Source: Polymyxa betae A26-41 (taxonomy: Eukaryota; Protista; Endomyxa: Phytomyxea). Taken from it: 64,000 nucleotides of DNA. Numbering within the stretch: position 1 is the stretch's first letter; each line of letters starts with the position of its first letter. Under the pieces are notes generated by a model. The model was not told where the DNA came from. It did no database searches and was given only the letters and a program-made list of their open reading frames with translations. Of this stretch, positions 12,241 to 24,637 are shown one piece after another. Location of the stretch: positions 29,569-93,568 of the forward strand of contig RBZT01000706.1 in assembly GCA_003693705.1 (NCBI GenBank), given 5' to 3'. Both the position numbers and the translations under genes were made by a program.

Positions 12241-15200
12241 ATGTCGGTGTCGACCGATGCCAGTTCTCAAGTGTGTCTGTCGAAAATCGATCAATTCGAG
12301 AATACTGACCTGAACAATTAGATCAGCACCTGTTTAACGACCCTTGCATCATCGGATTTACCTTTCTTGCAATGTGTATTAGGATCAGGCGCTTTCAAAA
12401 CGAGATCCGGTCAGGTGGTTACCCAGCTAACGGCAGCTCAGGTATTCCTTGACATAGTTTCGACAACACCAACTGAAATTTGATGACTATCAGATAGCAT
12501 CGATTGTAGCGGGTACGACATCACCCGGCGACTATAGTTTCATTTGTCCAACAACAACGACGTCTCCATCATCAGCATGTTGCTCTGCTGCATCTAAAGC
12601 ACAGCAGTGCCAATTGTCGTCTTCGTCTCTGCAAAATGCGGTTCTCGTTGATTGCAAGAATATGATGGATCAAGTCGTATGGCGAAGCTACGAATGTTCA
12701 GCCCCTGCTAGCATCATCGTTGCTGTTTTGTTAGCTACCCTGGTTTTGATAAGCTTCGTCACGATAAGATATCTGGTATATCGTCCCAGATCTCATCTAT
12801 GGCAACGTCAGCTCTGGGCGTTGATCATCAAAAACGTGAGCGTCTGGAGAAGAACCATTGGCCGTCATCTTCGTGGTATAATATTCGCTTTGGCTTTGAT
12901 CGGCGTCCTGGTTCTCATTACCGAATTGACTGGCGACAGCGTCACGATGGTTTCTGCCTCCCAGTCCTTGAATCTAAATTTGGAGTTTCGCGGCCCATCC
13001 GCTTTACGAACCGAATTGTTTCAGAAAATGAGGCCTGTCGCCGGCCTGCTCTTCCTCATAGCCGTCACTTATCCAATCAGCCAGATTATAATCGCTGTTG
13101 TATTAGAGAAAGAGCAGCGTATCCGAGAAGCAATAAGAGTAACTGGGGTTACAGATGGGGTAGCCTTGGTGTCATGGGGTCTATCCTATCTAGTCGCCTT
13201 TCAGCCTCTCTGTTTGGGCTTGGCCTTCTTAACTCATTACGGCAATGTCTTCCCCAACCTTCCGGTCACTTCGTTATTGCTGTTGTTCACCTCGTTTCTA
13301 GCTGCTTCTGTAGCTCTATGTCTATCGCTGTCCGCCTTCTTCGATCAGACGCGCCCGGCTGTTATCGGGACTCTAGTCTTCGTCTACTTAACCCACTTCC
13401 TAGCGTTTTTGGCAACGTCGTCCAAAGTTTCGCAGGGGTTTGTATGTCTGCTAGCGCCGGCTTGCTTAGCAGTAGCTATCTCAAGCGCGCTGGCTGACTC
13501 GTCTCTGGGTACCGGATTTCAGCGCTCTTATGAGAATTATCTATATCCATCGTCATACTTATCACCAGCAGCTGCTACTGCCATTATGTTCGCCGATGTG
13601 CTGATATATTACGTTCTGGCCTGGTATCTAGACCAGATTGTTCCACAGAGGATAGGGGTTCGGCTGCCTTGGTACTTTCCATTCCAGATATCGTATTGGA
13701 TTGGCAGTAAAGCTGAAGAGGAGCACGTGGAGATATCTGAGCTGACTGCACTTCATGTATTGCTTTTAAATCAGAATCTACAGCTAGAGCTTATTCGTAT
13801 ATAGGAGAAGAAATCTCATCGTAAAATCTCGATGCGAGGCGCGATTAACATTTCGCAAAATCAGCCTAATCAGGATGCAGCTCGCATTGAAGAAGTCGAT
13901 GCTGATTTGGAAGAATTGGGGCGCCAGCATAAGTATGTTTTAGTGTTTACTATGAATAGAACGTAATGGAAGATTTACAGATGCATTGAGACTTTATCAT
14001 TAACGCGACATTACAAAGTCCCGGGCATGGCCAATGAGCGCATTGCTGTCAATCGTATGAGCATGACGTTATACTCTGGCCATATCACCAGCGTGCTTGG
14101 GCATAACGGCGCCGGCAAGACCACGTTAATCTCCATGCTTTGTGGGCTAGTGCGTCCAACATCGGGCGATGCTCTGATATTCGGTCTATCCCTACGTCGC
14201 TCGTTAGCACAGATTCGACGAAGTATGGGAATGTGCCCACAGCACGACATCCTGTTTCTGGACTTAACGGCAGCTGAGAATATCAGGCTATTTGCCTGGC
14301 TGAAAGGCGTCGAACCGAATCAGGTCGATGAGCAAGCTAAACAGCTATTGACGGAGCTAGGCTTAGGGGAGAAATATCACTCCAAAGTCAATGATCTTTC
14401 AGGGGGTCAGAAAAGAAAACTCTGTGTAGCTATCGCTCTTATTGGTGGATCAAGTGTAGTATTTCTTGATGAACCCACTGCTGGTAAATGGTTTCGTTAA
14501 TGCTTGATTTCTCTTCATGTTCATGCAGGAATGGATCCGTACAGCAGGCGTCAGACCTGGGATGTGCTGCTCAACAATCGGAAAGGTCGCGTTATGGTTT
14601 TAACAACACACTTTATGGACGAAGCCGATATACTGTCAGACCGCATTGCCATAGTATCAGATGGAAATCTCTGCTGTATTGGTACCAGTTTATTTCTCAA
14701 AACATTGTATGGCAATGGATATCGCCTTAGTATTGGGATGACTGGAGCTGGGCGCGACACTCAGAAGTCCATCGTCGCAAGCAGCGGTGTTCGAGATCTA
14801 ATTCTTTCAAGGATTAACGGCTCGTCCGTTCTATCGAGTGCTAACCAAGGCCAAGATCTCATATTCCAACTCCCTCTGAACGAGGCTCATCAATTCCCAG
14901 GCCTTTTTCGAACACTGGATTCGATTAGTGATCGTGTTGAATATGGAATATCGGTGACAACACTGGAGGACGTATTTCTGACTGTAGCTTCCCAACGTCG
15001 TGATGCTGTCGATGTCACCCATCATCGCGCTCAAAGTGTCAATCTCGATGACCCCCGCGCGGCCAAACATCGTCGTCGTCGCTCATCGGTTGCCGTCAAA
15101 GTCACCCGCCCGCAGCTACATTCCCCACCTCGAGTACGAAGGCAGCGATACTCGTGCTTCGAACGCGTGTTGTATCAGATGGTGATGAAGAGATATTGGC

Positions 15201-17702
15201 TGTCGAGGCGCGATTATCGCCAGCCGCTGTTTCTGATTGTACTGCCTCTGCTTTTTCTGCTCGTACCGATTGTTATTCCCGACATCCAAATAACGCCGAT
15301 TTTGCGACCTGGACCGGGTTCGTATCCTTCACCAGGGCCGTCACAATGCTCTGTTGATGCCGCGACCGATACGGCGACGTCTTGCTCCACAACAACATCA
15401 AACTGTGTTACTCTGGATGCCAATGGCAACTCTATTCAAGTTCGCCCACAGTATATCAATGCTGCCGATTTAGCTAACAAGTGCACGCTTTTTACATATA
15501 TGGGATTCTGTCGTTATGTCCCGTGGATATGCTCAACTGATATCTGTTGTAACTGGCGAGATTACAGATCTCCTTGGTATCCATGCCAGACTTCGACTAT
15601 GATACCCTCGAAGATGACAAGTAATGATGCTGATGCTAACTGGAATGTTTATTGCCCCCGAAGGCAATATGCCATGATTCAGGGTACAACTGGATATGCA
15701 TGCCAGGAAGATTTTTCAAATTGATTTATTTACAGGTATCGTCAACGGGTTTGTAAAAGCGATGGCTGTGCTTATGGCGTTTGTGTTCGCGCCTTCTATT
15801 GTGATAGCCCATGCAGTACTGGAGACTGAGAAAAACACGAAATTTCTTCAACTGGTCTCTGGGGTGCGTTTAGCGACGTATTGGCTGGGTGCGGCAATCT
15901 GGGACCAGGTCTCGGTTTCTATTGGGGTTCTAATCGCTATGGTCCTAATGGCAAACTATTCGTATCCTTTGGGCTCAGTCGCATATTTCCCTGCCATTCT
16001 GTTGATTATATTATTCGCACTCTCAATTGTCCCATTGGCGTATTGGGCTTCATTTCGGTTTAGCATATCATCTCGGGCGCTAACTGCTATGCTTGTGTTC
16101 AACATTGTGACAGGGGCTGGATTTGGAATATTAAACTACATTCTGCAAACAGTTACTATAAGACTGCCTTCCACATCTATTACGACTACAACCCTGTCGA
16201 GCTATCTCAGATACATCCTGATGATCTTCCCCGGTTTCTCTCTAACCGATGGTCTGCTTCGACTTCAGAACGAGCTCTACATCACTTGTATCGGAGACTC
16301 GCGCAATCCTTGCTTGAACCAGACGCCACCAATCACTTCGGACATATGGAAAAATTGCCTTTATCTGATCGTAGTCACGATTTTTTGCTGGATCGGTTTG
16401 ATCCGACGAGAAGGGCAAAATCTTCTGCAAGACGATGAAATCTCACCGCTTCGAAAACGCTTTATTGAATATATATGCGGGAATTTGATTGAGGAAGTCC
16501 AACCAAAGCAAGCCCAAATGTTTTCCGATGATAAAGATGTCAGTTCTGAAAAAGCCCATGTTCAGGAAATGGTTCAGTCCCGAAACCTGGATCCATTAGT
16601 CATTGCCGGCATGCACAAAATTTATCGTACAGGAACTGTTGCGCTATACCCCTTATACCTATCCATTTCTGCTGGACAGTGTTTAGGATTTCTTGGCATT
16701 AATGGTGCTGGAAAGACTACAACAATCAAATGCTTAACCGGAGCTATTCGACATTCTGGTGGTAATGCATTTATCGATGGTCACGATATAACTACAGATC
16801 TGTATGCGGCTCGAAATCGAGCTGGATATTGTCCACAGTTTGATGCATTGTTTGACCTGTTAACTGTCAAAGAACATCTAATGATGTTTTGCCGGATTCG
16901 CAGACTAAAATTGTCTGCAGTAGCCGAAGTGATTGAATCGATGCAACTGGGCCTATTTACTGATGTCCCAGCTTGCTATTTATCCGGTGGTAATCGTAGG
17001 AAACTGTCTGCAGCTATAGCACTTCTAGGCTCTCCAAGAGTTGTCTATCTGGATGAGCCGTCGACGGGAATGGATCCACACGCTAAGCGCTTTCTATGGA
17101 GGAGAATTGGTGGAGTCATCGCTGCCGGCAAAACGGCTGTAATGTTGACTACTCATTCGATGGAAGAATGTGAGGCTCTTTGTAGCAAAGTAGCGATATT
17201 GATGGGAGGAAAATTGGTTGGACTGGGCTCGATTCAACATCTGAAAATGCGATTCGGGACAGGATACACAATCGAAGTTCGCACAACCACTGTTTCGTCA
17301 GCAATGATTCAAGCAGGAAAGAAACGTTTAGGAGGGGTTAGCGTGATAACGAAAGATAATATCCATAAAGTTTGCCAACAACTGGGAGATGCCAGTAAAG
17401 CAGAAACGAAGTCGACTGAAGGTGAAATCCCAGTGCGTCAGTTCCTGAAAGGATGGATTGAGGAAGGTCTCGCTGAAACCGTGATCACATATCTCGAGCA
17501 AAGGTTACCGGCAGCCCGGCTGAAATCTCGTCATGGACCCCACATGTTATTCGAGATTCGAACAGGATCGTTAGCAGATATATTTGCGATTATGTCGACA
17601 GCGGAAGGGATCGAGCATTATGCTATATCTCAAACGAGTCTGGAAGAGATCTTCAACTCACTTGCTGAGAGTTTCCAAAGGAATCATGTACCTGCGACAT
17701 AG
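12241..17702 (+). CDS. Full-length ABCA-family transporter with Cys-rich N-terminal extension (7 exons)
   Basis: Two TMDs and two NBDs (GHNGAGKTT/LSGGQ/FLDEP and GINGAGKTT/LSGGN/YLDEP), QLWALIIKN N-terminal ABCA motif, VTTLEDVF and QTSLEEIF motifs; introns 12271-12321, 12442-12493, 13757-13804, ~13933-13980, ~14484-14528, ~15684-15735. Confidence 0.93.
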
Positions 17703-18355
17703 ATTATGGGAATTGAATCGCAATCGATGTACCAGGCTATAATTTAAACATAAAGCAGGCAGGCAGTGGCTGATCTTGATGGTTTTCAGAAGTTATGGCT
17801 TTCGCCGAGCACTCTGCTGATAAACAAATCGAACCCACGTCGTCAAGAAACCATGTTTCATGCCTCACCTTGTTGACAGTCAGATTTTGTAGGTTTGGTC
17901 AGGATCTTTGCCCACGGTTAACAAATTGAAAAAGAAGTTATCCATCTCCAAAGTACCATGAAACTAACAACGGTTTGCTTCAATCAACAATTCATATTCA
18001 TGAACCTTCGGGACACCGACAAAAGCAAATATCACTGAAAGAGGCGCTTGATAGGACGTCTTTAACGCAATCGCACTTGCGAGAATCTCCCGATAGCTGC
18101 CAACGACTCATTAGTAAAAGTGTCATACTCTACAGTAGATCGTCATGACCCACGATTCCAATCGTGTGAGGTTCTTCTGCCTTGGAAATTTTTGTGAGAA
18201 AATCGAAAGCGTTTGATAATCTGCCCAGACGAACCAACCAGCCAGTAGGTGTTAAAGAGTGTTCATTCACGATTTCATGGAACCCCAAGGCGATCAATTT
18301 ATCAGAAAGCAATACCGCCATCATCACGCGAACCACATCGAGAAAATACGCTTTA

Positions 18356-19530
18356 TTATTGATTATCATCAAGTTTGGTATTATCGTTGCTGTTGCTGTT
18401 TTGGCCTGACGGAAGTTCAGGGCCTGGACCATCATTATAGTCGCTGTCAGGTGCCTCCGAGTCGTTGTCGTTGATGATTTCTGGGGACATTCGCTCCGCA
18501 GGATGGATGACTTCCGTTTTTACTTTGGGCTTTCCGTCATTTGTCTTTGTTTTTGTTATTCGAATAGGTTCGCCTTTATCATTGGTCGTGTCTTCGGTTT
18601 CTTGTTCATTCGATGTCGATTTGGCGTTTTTCGGGAATTCTGGAGATATCGATGCCAGTGCCTTGCTAACGTCGATTGACGGGAACGTACCGTTGGGCGT
18701 GGCTGCCGAGTCTATTAAATTAATGGGCGGGAACGTTGATTTCGGGAATCGATGCTTGTGTTTTGTCCTGTTTTGGAAGTCTGGGAAAGGCATCGGGAAA
18801 GCGGTGTTGCTGTCAAACGATGGCCAACTCAGCTGTCCATTGTTAGGAAGATTCGATTCAGGCTTGTTGGTTGGATTTTTAGAACCTGAAGAAGGCGCTG
18901 GAGGAGCTCGCATAACAGCAGGCGAAGGCGATGGGTTCGATTCAGGCTCCTCGCTATCTTCTTCGTCATCTGATGCATCTGATGGACGAGAAGTTTCATC
19001 CGCTGATGGCGACGATCTCGTGAGCTCTGTGGGCGGTGCAGACGACGATCTTGTCAGCTCTGAGGGCGGTGCAGGCGACGATCTTNNNNNNNNNNNNNNN
19101 NNNNNNNNNNNNNNNNNNNNNNNNNNNNNNNNNNNNNNNNNNNAGGCGACGATCTTGTCAGCTCTGAGGGCGGTGCTGGGGACGATCTTGTAAGCTCTGA
19201 GGGGGGTGCAGGCGACGATCTTGTTAACTCTGAAGGCTGCTCTGAATCTTCTGATGTATCAGAGTCTGATTGGGGTGATGGGGCCACCCCAGATCCTGAA
19301 GCAGGTTGTCTTGTTAGTTCAGAGGATGTTGGGCTTCCTGCTGGAGGTGCAACTGGAGTCGCCTGCGCTGGAGTCGCACGATCGCCTGGCGATGCTCCGG
19401 TTTGAGGCGGCGGTGCCGTGTCTTGTGATTCAAAGTCATCATATTGGAGAGTCGTAAAGGGTGCAGGCCTGCTGCAAGAGATCAGGAGGCAGCACACGGC
19501 TAACCTAATCAAGGTTCCTTTCTGGGTCAT
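18356..19530 (-). CDS. Secreted low-complexity Ser/Pro/Thr/Asp protein with SELTRSSPAPP repeats; spans an assembly gap
   Basis: Signal-like MTQKGTLIRLAVCCLLISCS; ORFs on both sides of the N-gap (19086-19143) share the same repeat. Confidence 0.7.
19008..19232. repeat. 33-bp coding minisatellite (GGCGACGATCTTGTCAGCTCTGAGGGCGGTGCA-like) with internal N gap
   Basis: At least 5 visible units flanking the N run. Confidence 0.9.
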
Positions 19531-19696
19531 GTCGTTTGTGAAATGTCTCAAAAGCGTGACGGAAACGCAGGGTCTTAACGCCGATAGCATGATTGTGGTA
19601 AGGAATTGCTCCGGGTTTTAAGGTTGACGGAATCGGCGATTCGCCAAAGAACTTGTGCTTAGATTGCGAGCGGTGTTCCGAGCAATCTAGATTAGT

Positions 19697-20323
19697 TTAT
19701 AGGCCAAGGTGACCAGTGCTATCGATAATCGGCGATGATCGTCTGTGGCGAAGATTGACTCGTGATGATCCCAGAAGGTTGCCTTCAGCTGCATGTTTGG
19801 TTTTAGTGTGGATTTTCTCAGGAGAGCGAGCACTCATGTCAGTTCCAATTCTAACTGTTGAGTCGGACTTCCATGATAGTTCTATGAAACAGTAAGGTCG
19901 ATTTTTTGGAGATCCAGAAGCTTTACTCATGAAAAAATCAACAATGATATCGCAGCAAGAGCGCCTGATTACTGGAATTGGCCGAGGTACTTCCGTGCGA
20001 TTTAAATGTTCTGGAGGGATTAATTTATGTCTTGGAATCCTTTTTTCGTGCATCATATCTCTCTGAAAATGGATCAACAAAGCAGATCTGATTCACTTAT
20101 CATCTCCTACATAAATCTCGATTGCCGTTAAGACACGATGAGGTGAACGGTGAGTATATGCTACAAGATCGCGTAAATATTTGATCTCCTTCTTCGAAAC
20201 GCCTTGAGCCAATGCTTCATTATACGCCTGCTTGGCCGCACGAGCGCTAGCTATGCAGGCCTTGTATTCGTCGATAAGTGACTCGTAGACATCATGAGAG
20301 GGAACATGAAGATGTGATGTCAT
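19697..20323 (-). CDS. Hypothetical protein (2 exons)
   Basis: ORFs 20093-20323 and 19697-20080 join in frame via a ~48-nt GTAGGA...TTTCAG intron; no recognisable family. Confidence 0.4.
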
Positions 20324-20716
20324 CAGCCCATTCTTGTGGCAATGTGACTACGCTAGGAGAAGCGCTGATTTATCGAAAATGGGAGTGTTTTTTGGGTACA
20401 GTAGTTCGTCGATAGTACCCGAATACCCGTACTTCCTTAAGCCACAACCAATTACAGTGGATGTAAACGTGTCGAACGATGTCAAAAGCTGGAATACAGT
20501 CGCGATAGAAAAAATTCATTACAAAGAAAAAACGTTAAATCTGTTGCTCAATTAGAGGCAAATTCTTTGATGCTTTGCAGTGTTGAGGCAGTCTTCGCCA
20601 TCGTCAAGCTTATTAGTAACCGAAGGTTAGATCATGGGACTCCACCCGAAAGGAAGTCAGGGTATCTACAGCTGGCAAAAAAACGATTCGAATTAGCAAG
20701 CGTGGCAAGAATTATA

Positions 20717-21673
20717 TTAATACTGACTTGCAAAAAGGTTCAGAATCCCTTTAGATTCAAGCGTAGTTACATACTGCTTATATACTTCAGGTGACAAAGG
20801 CTGTCGACCACGAACAGAGACTGTTTTATCTTCTTGGCCAAGATAAGCGCGTGTTGCCATTCCAAGAAAAAGCCCTGTCTCTAAAATTCCAGGAATGTTT
20901 TTGAGCTGAAGATTAAGGATCACAGCGTCATCGATCGGGCCGAAGTTCGCATCGATAATGAAGTTTCCCGAATCGGTTATCACAGGACCAGCTAAAACAA
21001 TTTTTTAGTGCACTGGTTCATGAAGGGAATATATCGTTGGAACCTTTGTTTACACCCATTCTTAGAATGGGATCTTTGCATCCAATGGATTTCAATGCTT
21101 GACAGACATTCTTGTGTGCCATTGGTAGCACTTCGAGAGGAATACCTTTAATCCAGGAGGTTCCTACGAAGAGAATGATGGCGTATTCATAGAGATTGAT
21201 GCACTAACCAAGTTGTGACGAATCTTTTGTAAAATCAGCAACAACGATGAAATGTTCAGCTGCGCTCGCTACAACCTTCTCTTTTAAATGTGCGCCCCCT
21301 CCGCCTTTGATACAGTTCAATCTTGAATCGATTTCATCAGCACCATCGAATGCTACGTCGAGAATTGGCGATTGGTCGAGATCGCTTAACAATAAACCAG
21401 CATCAACGATCAAATTCCTAGATTGAAATGATGTTGGAATATAGTGGTACGTAAGCAGCTCGGGCCTTTTTGTTTTCGCCAAGTTTTTGATCTCTTCCAC
21501 AACAAATCGTATCTAGTCAGAGTTACAAGACAAACACTAAAATTGCATCAGCAGCATACAGTCGTTCCGCTTCCAATCCCAATGGCTCCGTGTTTTAACC
21601 GTAGATTTTGACCAAAGAAGTCTCGAACCGCGAGCGTCGCTGCCGCTGATTTGGCCTGATCGAAGCTTGGCAT
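20717..21673 (-). CDS. RPIA: Ribose-5-phosphate isomerase A (multi-exon)
   Basis: IGIGSGTT, PTSFQS, DGADE, IKGGGGAHLKEK, ITDSGNFIID, IPGILETGLF. Confidence 0.95.
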
Positions 21674-21842
21674 GGCTAATAGTGAAATGACGAGAGACCC
21701 TTCCAGAACAACCACTAATAGGGACACTATAGTACAGCAATCTCAGAGGCTTAACAGTTGACTGATGAGCCACAAACCCAACACTGGCTGACGCAGCCTT
21801 CGTCGGTCATTTTTTTGGGTTCTTTCATGACTTACTGCACTT

Positions 21843-22126
21843 GGGGCGTCAGCATTAGAAAGACTCCTCAGGTTCAGTAAGGCTCCCAATTGAGAATCGA
21901 TCAATAGGTGTCAACGCCATGATTTGGGTGATTTTGCAATATTCAAACCATTGGCGATTGGACTGTTGGACAGATACAGTGCCGGCCAGAATTCCATTCA
22001 AAGAGAGCCTAAAGTCCTAAACATAAATTATTGCAATCGGTAGGCTGGTTTTCGGCCATTCCGGTGATGAATAAGTCACTGGGCGACTTTCTGGTTTCGA
22101 TCCCAGAATACGCTGGGTGTTTTTTT
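21843..22126 (+). ncRNA. Candidate structured non-coding RNA ending in a T7 run (identity unknown)
   Basis: Series of hairpins, a B-box-like GGTTTCGATCCC loop and a terminal TTTTTTT in an intergenic region without a long ORF. Confidence 0.3.
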
Positions 22127-22465
22127 GCAAAAGAAGGCAAAAGAGAAAGATGATTTCATCGATAGCCCGGAAATCGATTGGAGTTGTGATAACAAGGGAA
22201 GATTCCTTATGATGGAATTACATGCCATATCAATCATGGGCCAGTCGATGGTGCTTGTGCAGCTGTTTCGGAGCTCAGTCTCTTTCTCGTCTTGAATGGG
22301 AGGACGCGCTTGTCGTTGTTAATGTCTTTGATAGAAGCCAGGGTGAAATGGAGCGGCTGCTCCTCGGCGCTGATATTCGTATCTCAATTAATGTTTGTTT
22401 CCTGAAGATGAAGTCATTCTCAGCCATGCAAGCCTTGTTTGTTTATTCTCTATGATTTTGAAAGC

Positions 22466-23156
22466 TCATTCAAGCAGTTTGTCCATCTTTTTGTTCTGCT
22501 TCTTGAATTTGTCATCAACTTCGTCAGTGCGACGGTTGAGGTGCCCAGCCATTTCGGTCTGTTCGTCGACGGCGTTGCCCATGGTGTCAGCGAGACCACC
22601 CAGTTTCTTCAGATTTGACCCTAGCACGTCCAGATCGTCGTCAATGTTATCAGATCCAGTAGCGCCTTGGGTCTTGTCTCCTGAAGCGTTGTGGACTCCA
22701 ACTCTTGGGCCAGAGTTGGCCGTTGTGTCATCACGCTTGGCATTCTTTAAATCGTCTTCTGAAGGTCCACAGCACAGTGAAAAACAAAACCAACGGCTCA
22801 TGCGGTCCAGAATGGCATCGGTTCTGTTCAGCGTCGCATCAGTCTCATCAAGATCGTCCGCTATTCGATTCATCTGTTGTCCTGGAAGTGATCTATAAGT
22901 GGATTGGTCCCATTTGAGTTAATAACAAACCTTGCTGGTTGAGCTTATCTAGAGTTTGCTCTCCAACTTGTTCAGTTTCTTGTGTCCTAGCAATAGACTC
23001 CTGAATCAAAGCACGATTTTGTCGTTCACGTTCTTCACGAGCACGCTGAACGCGGGCATCATTCTGAGCTTGGATTTCTTCGGAGAGCTGAACTTGTTGC
23101 TGTTGTGCCGCCTGGCGACGCTCTTGGCGTTGTAGATGGGCTAGTCGTGCGTCCAT
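22466..23156 (-). CDS. SNAP-25/Sec9-like Qbc-SNARE (2 exons)
   Basis: Two SNARE coiled-coil motifs (TLDKLNQQGQQ; MGNAVDEQ) separated by a Cys cluster WFCFSLCC; intron 22882-22930. Confidence 0.88.
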
Positions 23157-23527
23157 GGCTTAAAGATTTCTAAAAAAATTAGGAATTGAACCAGGACCGA
23201 TGGTGACTCAGACTCTCAATAGGTTCCGATGGCGATTGATCTGTTAGGTCGGTGATAAGGGTCTATCAATTGTTGAATGCCTGTAACTAAGTAGTAAGCT
23301 GTATTCTAGAATAGTAAATACCCATGAGATAACCTTCCCTGATAGAAACACTATGGCAATCGTTTGCTATATTGCAAGAATGGTAGAAAATGTTAAAGTT
23401 CCAAATTTGCTCACAATTACTATTCCGAATTTGTTACAGGTGAGTCACACTGGCCCCAGGTATCATGTTATTGAGGTCAATATGGTCGAATAACTAATCC
23501 AATTAACTTAATTGAGTTTCAAGTCGC

Positions 23528-24550
23528 ATGATTAATTTTAACCTAATCCGGATCCTGGTTGCGCTTAGCCTCATCGCAGCAGCTTCGGCAGATCATTTGC
23601 TCGACAACGATATCGATGCCGATGACCTAATCGCCTATATTGGAGGCCATGACGCCGAGGAACTCGATTACGAGGTCGAAGAAGCCGAGCATCACGATTC
23701 AGATGCAATGGAAAACGGTTTGCAGGCAACCAGTGACGAGCTGGGTCATGACAATAACGAAATGCACCACAAAGTTGCTGACATTGATGTTCTTGAACTT
23801 GGAGAGGTTCTTGAGGCCAGACGGGACGATGAGCTTGGCTATGCAGAAGATGGATTCCATCCACACTTTGAAGCTCTCGGCGCTGGTTATGGAAGGGCAG
23901 AACAGAACATGTACAACCGAGGGAAACCGAAGCGGTCGAAGAGCTATAGTAAACCTGTACAACGACAACCGATCGCTGAAGCTGAAAGCCAAGCCCCAAC
24001 TGAAACTCCTGCTCCTCCTACTAAAGCGCCGTTTTTCGATGATTTCAACAACAGCAAACCACAGAACGACGGCAACTGTTTGCACGCTGTCAACAAGGTT
24101 TGGTGATAAACATGGGAAACTAATAGCAACTTCATGATTGATTGCTTTAGGAACGACAAGCGGCCGGCGTACCCGAGCTTATCAATAACCAAACATTGGT
24201 CGATTTAGCTGCTAAACACACTGCCTATATGGCGGCTGCTCAAACTATTAGCCATGATGGGTTCTGGAGCTACAGGTATGTAATATATTCGGTTGAGGAA
24301 CAATATGGCTCAATTCTGGCCAAGGTTCGATGCCGTACCAGCTGGTGTTATCGGGGTCGGTGAGCTCGTCGTGTCTGACGAGACGAGCAACACGCCGAAT
24401 GGCCCAGCGAAGCGAGCCGTCGACAGATGGATCGGCTCTATTGAACACAAAGCGCTCTTACTACGACCTGATATGTTCATAATGGGCTGCTCGACTGCGT
24501 TAGGCAGCGACGGGCGCTTCTATGCGACAGCCATCATATGCTCGAAATGA
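23528..24550 (+). CDS. Secreted CAP/SCP-domain protein with acidic N-terminal extension (3 exons)
   Basis: Signal peptide; spliced CAP core CLHAVNKERQAAGVPEL...AAKHTAYMA...ISHDG...GE...WIGSIEHKALLL...MGC. Confidence 0.82.
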
Positions 24551-24637
24551 GACGCTCAATTTTTGAATTAAAACTCACAGTCAAACTCGTTGTTATAAAT
24601 AGAGGTTGTTTCAATCTAGAATCGGTGTAGATAGGCG

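Noticed and set aside
19008-19232. CRISPR-like array (33-bp units)
   Set aside because: Units are contiguous without unique spacers and lie in a coding frame of a eukaryotic gene.
21762-21769. Hammerhead-like CTGATGAG
   Set aside because: No stem II followed by GAAA.
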